Below are positions 58,599-64,000 of a DNA stretch of 64,000 bases, piece after piece. The notes beneath the pieces were generated by a model that worked only from the letters and a program-made list of their open reading frames with translations, did not search any database and was not told the DNA's origin. Positions within the stretch are counted from its first letter, which is position 1. Every line of letters starts with the position of its first letter. A program made the position numbers and the translations under genes. Source of the stretch: Escherichia coli (lineage in GTDB: Bacteria > Pseudomonadota > Gammaproteobacteria > Enterobacterales > Enterobacteriaceae); the NCBI RefSeq assembly GCF_024223415.1, contig NZ_CP100500.1; one strand, written 5' to 3'.

Positions 58599-60161
58599 AT
58601 GAACTCGTTTTCACTTCTGACAACCTCGTGGTTGCCCGTTCGTTTTAAAGACGGAACGACAGGCAAACTGGCACCAGTCGATCTGGCTGATGAAAATGTT
58701 GTCGATATCGCTGCGCCGCGGGCAGATCTCCAGGGTGCGGCATGGCAGTTTTTGCTGGGGCTACTACAAACCAGCTTCGCGCCAAAAGATCATCGTCGTT
58801 GGGATGATATCTGGGAAGACGGACTGGAATCTGAAAAGCTACGGGAAGCATTGCTGTCATTAGAACACGCTTTCCAGTTTGGGCCAGATTCCCCTTCATT
58901 TATGCAGGATTTCGAGGCGCTCACGGGAGATAAAGTTCAGATCGCTTCGTTACTGCCTGAGATTCCCGGCGCTCAAACAACGAAGTTTAATAAAGACCAT
59001 TTTATCAAGCGTGGTGTAACGGAATACCTGTGTCCTCATTGTTCAGCGTTAGCCCTGTTCTCCCTACAGTTAAATGCACCGTCAGGCGGCAAAGGCTATC
59101 GCACCGGTTTACGCGGCGGTGGGCCGATGACCACTCTTATTGAATTACAGGAATATCAGGGCAATCAACAAACACCCTTATGGCGCAAACTGTGGCTCAA
59201 TGTGATGCCGCAGGATGAAGCCGACTTACCGCTACCCAAAAAATTTGACGATCTGATTTTCCCCTGGCTTGGCCCGACGCGTACCAGCGAACTGGCCGGT
59301 GCGGTGGTAACCGATGATCAGGTTAATAAACTCCAGGCGTACTGGGGAATGCCACGGCGTATTCGTATTGATTTTAATACCACGACAGTCGGCAACTGCG
59401 ATATTTGCGGCGAGCAGAACGACGCGCTCCTGAACCTGATGACGACCAAAAATTACGGCGCTAACTATGCCATGTGGCAGCATCCCTTAACGCCTTACCG
59501 TATACCACTTAAAGAGGGTGGCGAGTTTTACTCCGTTAAACCACAACCGGGCGGTTTAATCTGGCGCGACTGGTTAGGCCTTATCGAAACGGGTAAATCA
59601 GAAAACAATACGGAACTTCCCGCGCTGGTGGTGAAACTCTTTAATGCCAGCAGTCTGAAACAGGCAAAAGTGGGCCTATGGGGATTTGGTTATGATTTCG
59701 ACAATATGAAAGCGCGCTGTTGGTACGAACACCATTTCCCGCTGCTGCTCAATAAAAAAGAAGGCCAGATACCGAAACTGCGGCTGGCTGCGCAAACGGC
59801 TTCACGGATTCTGAGTCTGTTACGGAGTGCATTGAAAGAAGCGTGGTTCTCCGATCCAAAAGGTGCACGGGGTGATTTCAGTTTTGTGGATATCGACTTC
59901 TGGAACAAAACTCAGCATCGCTTCCTGAGGTTAGTGCGCCAAATTGAAGAAGGTCAGGATCCAGATGAATTACTCGGCAAATGGCAAAAGGAAATTTGGT
60001 TATTTGCGCGTCAGGATTTTGACGAGCGTGTATTCACCAATCCTTATGAGCCCGTTGATTTGAAACGCGTCATGACCGCACGCAAGAAATATTTTACAAC
60101 ATCGGCGGAGAAGCAAAATGCTAAAGCCGCCAGGGAGAAAAAGCAGGAGGCTGCTGAATGA
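58599..60161 (+). CDS. cse1: Cascade large subunit Cse1 (CasA / Cas8e)
   Basis: ORF track begins at a TTG (58530); the ATG at 58599 (MNSFSLLTTSWLPVRFKDG...) has a GAGAGG SD; Cse1 N-terminal signature; 520 aa. Confidence 0.88.
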   Translation: MNSFSLLTTSWLPVRFKDGTTGKLAPVDLADENVVDIAAPRADLQGAAWQFLLGLLQTSFAPKDHRRWDDIWEDGLESEKLREALLSLEHAFQFGPDSPSFMQDFEALTGDKVQIASLLPEIPGAQTTKFNKDHFIKRGVTEYLCPHCSALALFSLQLNAPSGGKGYRTGLRGGGPMTTLIELQEYQGNQQTPLWRKLWLNVMPQDEADLPLPKKFDDLIFPWLGPTRTSELAGAVVTDDQVNKLQAYWGMPRRIRIDFNTTTVGNCDICGEQNDALLNLMTTKNYGANYAMWQHPLTPYRIPLKEGGEFYSVKPQPGGLIWRDWLGLIETGKSENNTELPALVVKLFNASSLKQAKVGLWGFGYDFDNMKARCWYEHHFPLLLNKKEGQIPKLRLAAQTASRILSLLRSALKEAWFSDPKGARGDFSFVDIDFWNKTQHRFLRLVRQIEEGQDPDELLGKWQKEIWLFARQDFDERVFTNPYEPVDLKRVMTARKKYFTTSAEKQNAKAAREKKQEAAE

Positions 60162-60694
60162 GTATTGTAAAAGAGGAGCACAAAGCCACGCTGCGTAAAT
60201 GGCACGAAGAGTTGCAGGCTAAACGCGGCAATCGTGCCAGTCTGCGGCGTAGCACAACGGTTAATGATGTTTGCTTGTCAGAAGGGTTTCGTTCTCTGCT
60301 GATGCAGACCCACACTTTGTGGAAAATTGAAGCACAAGAGTGGCGTTTTACCGCACTGGCGCTGGTCGCCGCAGTTAGCGCCAATGTAAAAGCCATTGAT
60401 GAACGGCAGCCTTTTGCCGCGCAGCTGGCGGCGGTAATGTCGGAGGGGCGTTTTACTCGCCTGTCGGCAGTAAAAACGCCGGATGATTTACTGCGTCAGT
60501 TACGTCGCGCGGTCAAATTATTAAACGGTTCCGTCAATCTTATCTCTTTGGCAGAAGATATTTTCCGCTGGTGTCAGGAGAGCGACGACCTGCTCAATCA
60601 TCACCGCCGCCAGCAGCGGCCAACCGAATTTATCCGTATCCGCTGGGCACTGGAATATTACCAGGCTGGCGACGCCGATAACGAACAAAATTAA
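60158..60694 (+). CDS. cse2: Cascade small subunit Cse2 (CasB)
   Basis: 178-aa ORF; ATGA overlap with cse1; position in operon. Confidence 0.85.
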   Translation: MSIVKEEHKATLRKWHEELQAKRGNRASLRRSTTVNDVCLSEGFRSLLMQTHTLWKIEAQEWRFTALALVAAVSANVKAIDERQPFAAQLAAVMSEGRFTRLSAVKTPDDLLRQLRRAVKLLNGSVNLISLAEDIFRWCQESDDLLNHHRRQQRPTEFIRIRWALEYYQAGDADNEQN

Positions 60695-60708
60695 TAAAGG
60701 ACTATCTC

Positions 60709-61764
60709 ATGACAACATTTATTCAGCTTCATTTGTTAACCGCTTACCCTGCTGCCAACCTTAACCGTGATGATACTGGTGCGCCAAAAACTGTGGTACT
60801 GGGTGGTGCAACGCGTCTGCGCGTTTCCTCACAAAGTCTGAAACGTGCGTGGCGCACTTCTGCACTTTTTGAACAGGCACTGGCGGGCCATATTGGTATT
60901 CGCAGTGGGCGAATTGCGCGTGAGGCGGCAACTATCCTGATTGAGAAAGGAATCGAAGAGAAAAAAGCCATCGAATGGGCGGCAAAAATTGCGGATTATC
61001 TTGGGAAAGCTAAAAACGACAAAAAACCAAAAGATCCGCTCACTAACGCCGAAACTGAACAATTAGTTCATATCAGCCCGGCAGAATTTGACGCCGTAAA
61101 AGCGCTGGCCCATCAACTGGCAGAAGAAAAGCGCGCGCCAATAGAGGAAGATCTCGCGTTGTTACGTAAAGACCGTATAGCGGTAGATATCGCTATGTTT
61201 GGTCGTATGCTGGCGAATAAACCTGAGTTTAATGTTGAAGCCGCCTGCCAGGTCGCGCATGCGTTTGGTGTCAGTGAAACGATTGTCGAAGATGATTTTT
61301 TCACCGCCGTTGATGATTTGCGCCAGGCCTCTGAAGATGCCGGTGCCGGGCATCTCGGAGAAACCGGATTCGGTTCAGCACTTTTCTACACCTATATCTG
61401 CATTGATAAAGATCTGCTGGTAGAAAACCTCGGCGGTGACGAAGCGTTAGCTAATCAGACCATACGCGCTTTTACGGAAGCCGCACTTAAAGTCTCCCCA
61501 ACCGGCAAACAGAACAGCTTTGCCAGCCGTGCCTACGCCTCCTGGGCGCTGGCAGAAAAAGGCACCGAACAACCGCGTTCTCTGGCGGCGGCTTTCTATG
61601 AACCCATTAATGGCACCCGGCAGTTAGATGTGGCGGTGCAGCGTATTACAACGCTTCGCGAAAACATGAATACGGTCTACGAACAGAAGACCGAATGCGT
61701 AAGTTTTGACGTGATGAACAAACAGGGAAGCATGAAGGACGTGCTGGACTTTATCTGCGCGTAA
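60709..61764 (+). CDS. cas7: Cascade backbone subunit Cas7 (CasC)
   Basis: 351-aa ORF MTTFIQLHLLTAYPAANLNRDDTGAPKTVVLGGATRLRVSSQSLKRAWR. Confidence 0.9.
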   Translation: MTTFIQLHLLTAYPAANLNRDDTGAPKTVVLGGATRLRVSSQSLKRAWRTSALFEQALAGHIGIRSGRIAREAATILIEKGIEEKKAIEWAAKIADYLGKAKNDKKPKDPLTNAETEQLVHISPAEFDAVKALAHQLAEEKRAPIEEDLALLRKDRIAVDIAMFGRMLANKPEFNVEAACQVAHAFGVSETIVEDDFFTAVDDLRQASEDAGAGHLGETGFGSALFYTYICIDKDLLVENLGGDEALANQTIRAFTEAALKVSPTGKQNSFASRAYASWALAEKGTEQPRSLAAAFYEPINGTRQLDVAVQRITTLRENMNTVYEQKTECVSFDVMNKQGSMKDVLDFICA

Positions 61765-61774
61765 GGGGCGGCTT

Positions 61775-62521
61775 ATGAGCCAATATCTGATTTTTCAGCT
61801 TCATGGGCCGATGGCATCCTGGGGCGTCGATGCTCCCGGCGAAGTGCGTCATACCCATGAACTGCCTTCGCGCTCAGCATTGCTGGGGTTACTGGCTGCC
61901 GGGGTAGGGATTCGGCGTGATGATACCGAACGATTAAACGCGTTTAACCGCCACTATTCACTGGTGGTTTGCGCCAGCCGTAACCCGCGCTGGGCACGGG
62001 ATTATCACACGGTCCAGATGCCAAAAGAGGTGCGTAAATCGCGTTATTTCAGCCGTCGCGAAGAGTTGAGCGATCCTGATCTTCTGAGCGCAATTATCTC
62101 CCGGCGCGACTACTACACCGATGCCTGGTGGATGGTGGCGGTGGCAACAACCCCCGATGCGCCTTACAGCCTTGAACAGTTGCAGGAAGGTTTACGTCAT
62201 CCGGTTTTTCCGCTTTATCTGGGGCGAAAAAGTCATCCGCTGGCATTACCACTCGCGCCGTTACTGATCGAAGGCAACGCGTCTGATGCCTTATGTAACG
62301 CATACCAACAGTATCAGGATAGTTTCCGCGAACTGAAAGTCTCACTCCCGAAACTTCAGGATGAATGCTGGTGGGAAGGGAAACACGACGGCCTGGTCGC
62401 GAGCAAAATATTACGTCGCCGGGATGTTCCTTTGAATCGTCAGCAGTGGCTGTTTGGGGAACGCACCGTCAATCAGGGGCCGTGGCTCAGCAAGGAGGAA
62501 CCATGTACCTCTCAAGAATAA
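61775..62521 (+). CDS. cas5: Cascade subunit Cas5 (CasD)
   Basis: 248-aa ORF MSQYLIFQLHGPMASWGVDAPGEVRHT... Confidence 0.9.
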   Translation: MSQYLIFQLHGPMASWGVDAPGEVRHTHELPSRSALLGLLAAGVGIRRDDTERLNAFNRHYSLVVCASRNPRWARDYHTVQMPKEVRKSRYFSRREELSDPDLLSAIISRRDYYTDAWWMVAVATTPDAPYSLEQLQEGLRHPVFPLYLGRKSHPLALPLAPLLIEGNASDALCNAYQQYQDSFRELKVSLPKLQDECWWEGKHDGLVASKILRRRDVPLNRQQWLFGERTVNQGPWLSKEEPCTSQE

Positions 62522-63153
62522 CCTTACATACCGGCCAGCTTTCGCCTGCGCAGTTGTTGCATCTGGTGGATCGCGGTGAATATGTGATGCATCAGTGGCT
62601 GTGGGATCTCTTCCCAGGCGGCAAAGAAAGGCAATTTCTTTATCGTCGGGAAGAACTCCAGGGCGCGTTTCGCTTTTTTGTCCTGTCGCAGGAACGCCCG
62701 GCGGAAAGTGAAATGTTCACCATCGAATGCCGACCATTTGCGTCGGAGTTGCGTACCGGACAATCGCTTTGTTTCAACCTGCGGGCGAATCCAACAATCT
62801 GTAAAGCGGGCAAGCGCCACGATCTGCTGATGGAAGCGAAACGGCAGGTGAGGGGGCAGGCGGAAGGAAGTGATGTCTGGTTGCATCAACAACAGGCAGC
62901 GCTGGACTGGCTGGCAGCGCAGGGGGAGAGAAGCGGTTTTACACTGCTGGATACCTCGGTTGATGCCTACCGACAACAGCAACTCCGGCGGGAAAACTCC
63001 CGACAACTGATCCAGTTCAGTAGCGTGGATTATACGGGGATGCTTACGGTCACCGATCCTGGGTTATTTCTGCAACGTCTGAGCCAGGGGTATGGCAAAA
63101 GCCGCGCGTTCGGCTGTGGTCTGATGCTGATCAAACCCGGAGCAGAGGCGTGA
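62503..63153 (+). CDS. cas6e: crRNA endoribonuclease Cas6e (CasE)
   Basis: ATG at 62503 with AGGAGG SD (MYLSRITLHTGQ..., 216 aa); C-terminal GCGLM motif; overlaps cas5 by 19 nt. Confidence 0.88.
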   Translation: MYLSRITLHTGQLSPAQLLHLVDRGEYVMHQWLWDLFPGGKERQFLYRREELQGAFRFFVLSQERPAESEMFTIECRPFASELRTGQSLCFNLRANPTICKAGKRHDLLMEAKRQVRGQAEGSDVWLHQQQAALDWLAAQGERSGFTLLDTSVDAYRQQQLRRENSRQLIQFSSVDYTGMLTVTDPGLFLQRLSQGYGKSRAFGCGLMLIKPGAEA

Positions 63154-64000
63154 CGTTTGTACCACTGAGTCCGATCCCGTTAAAAGATCGCACCTCTATG
63201 ATCTTCCTCCAGTACGGTCAAATCGACGTACTGGACGGCGCTTTCGTGCTGATCGACAAAACCGGGATCCGCACGCACATTCCGGTGGGATCGGTCGCCT
63301 GCATTATGCTCGAACCGGGAACGAGAGTTTCCCACGCGGCGGTGCATCTGGCCGCCACGGTGGGAACACTGCTGGTCTGGGTCGGTGAAGCGGGCGTTCG
63401 CGTTTACTCTTCCGGACAACCCGGAGGGGCGCGGGCAGATAAATTACTCTACCAGGCAAAGCTGGCTTTAACGGAAGATCTACGCCTGAAGGTGGTGCGC
63501 AAAATGTATGAATTACGTTTTCGTGAGCCACCGCCAGCTCGCCGTTCAGTGGATCAGCTACGGGGAATTGAGGGATCCCGCGTTCGCCAGACCTATGCAT
63601 TACTGGCGAAACAATATGGTGTGAAATGGAATGGTCGCAAATACGATCCTAAAGACTGGGAAAAAGGCGATGTTGTGAATCGCTGCATCAGTGCTGCCAC
63701 ATCATGTCTGTACGGTATTTCTGAAGCGGCAGTATTAGCCGCGGGATATGCGCCCGCTATTGGATTTATTCATAGTGGCAAACCGCTTTCATTTGTTTAT
63801 GACATAGCCGATATCATTAAATTTGATTCGGTTGTGCCAAAGGCATTTGAAATAGCGGCAAGACACCCGGCAGAATCTGATAAAGAAGTCAGATTAGCCT
63901 GTCGCGATATTTTCCGTAGCACTAAGTTAACGGGCAAATTAATACCGTTAATTGAGGAAGTCCTTGCTGCAGGTGAAATTGAACCACCACAACCCGCGCC
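63150..64000 (+). CDS. cas1: Cas1 integrase; N-terminal about 283 codons, 3' end beyond window
   Basis: GTG at 63150 (GTGA overlap with the cas6e stop); translation VTFVPLSPIPLKDRTSMIFLQYGQIDVLDGAFVLIDKTGIRTHIPVGSVACIMLEPGTRVSHAAV...; absent from ORF track because there is no stop in the window. Confidence 0.92.
   Translation, partial: MTFVPLSPIPLKDRTSMIFLQYGQIDVLDGAFVLIDKTGIRTHIPVGSVACIMLEPGTRVSHAAVHLAATVGTLLVWVGEAGVRVYSSGQPGGARADKLLYQAKLALTEDLRLKVVRKMYELRFREPPPARRSVDQLRGIEGSRVRQTYALLAKQYGVKWNGRKYDPKDWEKGDVVNRCISAATSCLYGISEAAVLAAGYAPAIGFIHSGKPLSFVYDIADIIKFDSVVPKAFEIAARHPAESDKEVRLACRDIFRSTKLTGKLIPLIEEVLAAGEIEPPQPA

Overview
This window reads as an Escherichia coli-type chromosomal segment, collinear with the K-12 region fucR to cas (b2805 down to b2761) but in reverse orientation. 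No database search or alignment was possible, so all gene identifications rest on recall of the translated ORFs and on the sequence itself. In order: the fucose regulon (fucR partial, fucUKIP on the minus strand, fucAO on the plus), xni, sdaCB, ppnN, queF, syd, the CsrB sRNA with its upstream UvrY-type palindrome, yqcC-truC-yqcA, gudPXD, barA, rlmD-relA-mazEF-mazG, pyrG-eno, a lemA plus three-TPM-domain-gene operon, queE, a type I-E CRISPR array (12 repeats, 11 spacers) with a degenerate remnant, the uncharacterised ygc/yqc cluster, queD, cysJIH, a hok-like type I toxin, and a type I-E cas operon (cas3, cse1, cse2, cas7, cas5, cas6e, cas1 partial). Chi-site orientation and the strand of the highly expressed genes are consistent with the plus strand being the leading strand. 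I found no prophage, IS element, integrase, tRNA or rRNA, and no unexplained multi-gene block that would justify calling a wholly new system. The most under-described candidates are: (1) the ygc cluster, where a perfect intrinsic terminator sits in the ygcW leader next to a GlpP-like antiterminator gene; (2) the lemA/TPM array, which appears expanded relative to my recollection of K-12; (3) the cas operon, which looks mosaic (interference genes divergent from K-12, Cas1 K-12-like) and has a hok-like toxin immediately upstream.
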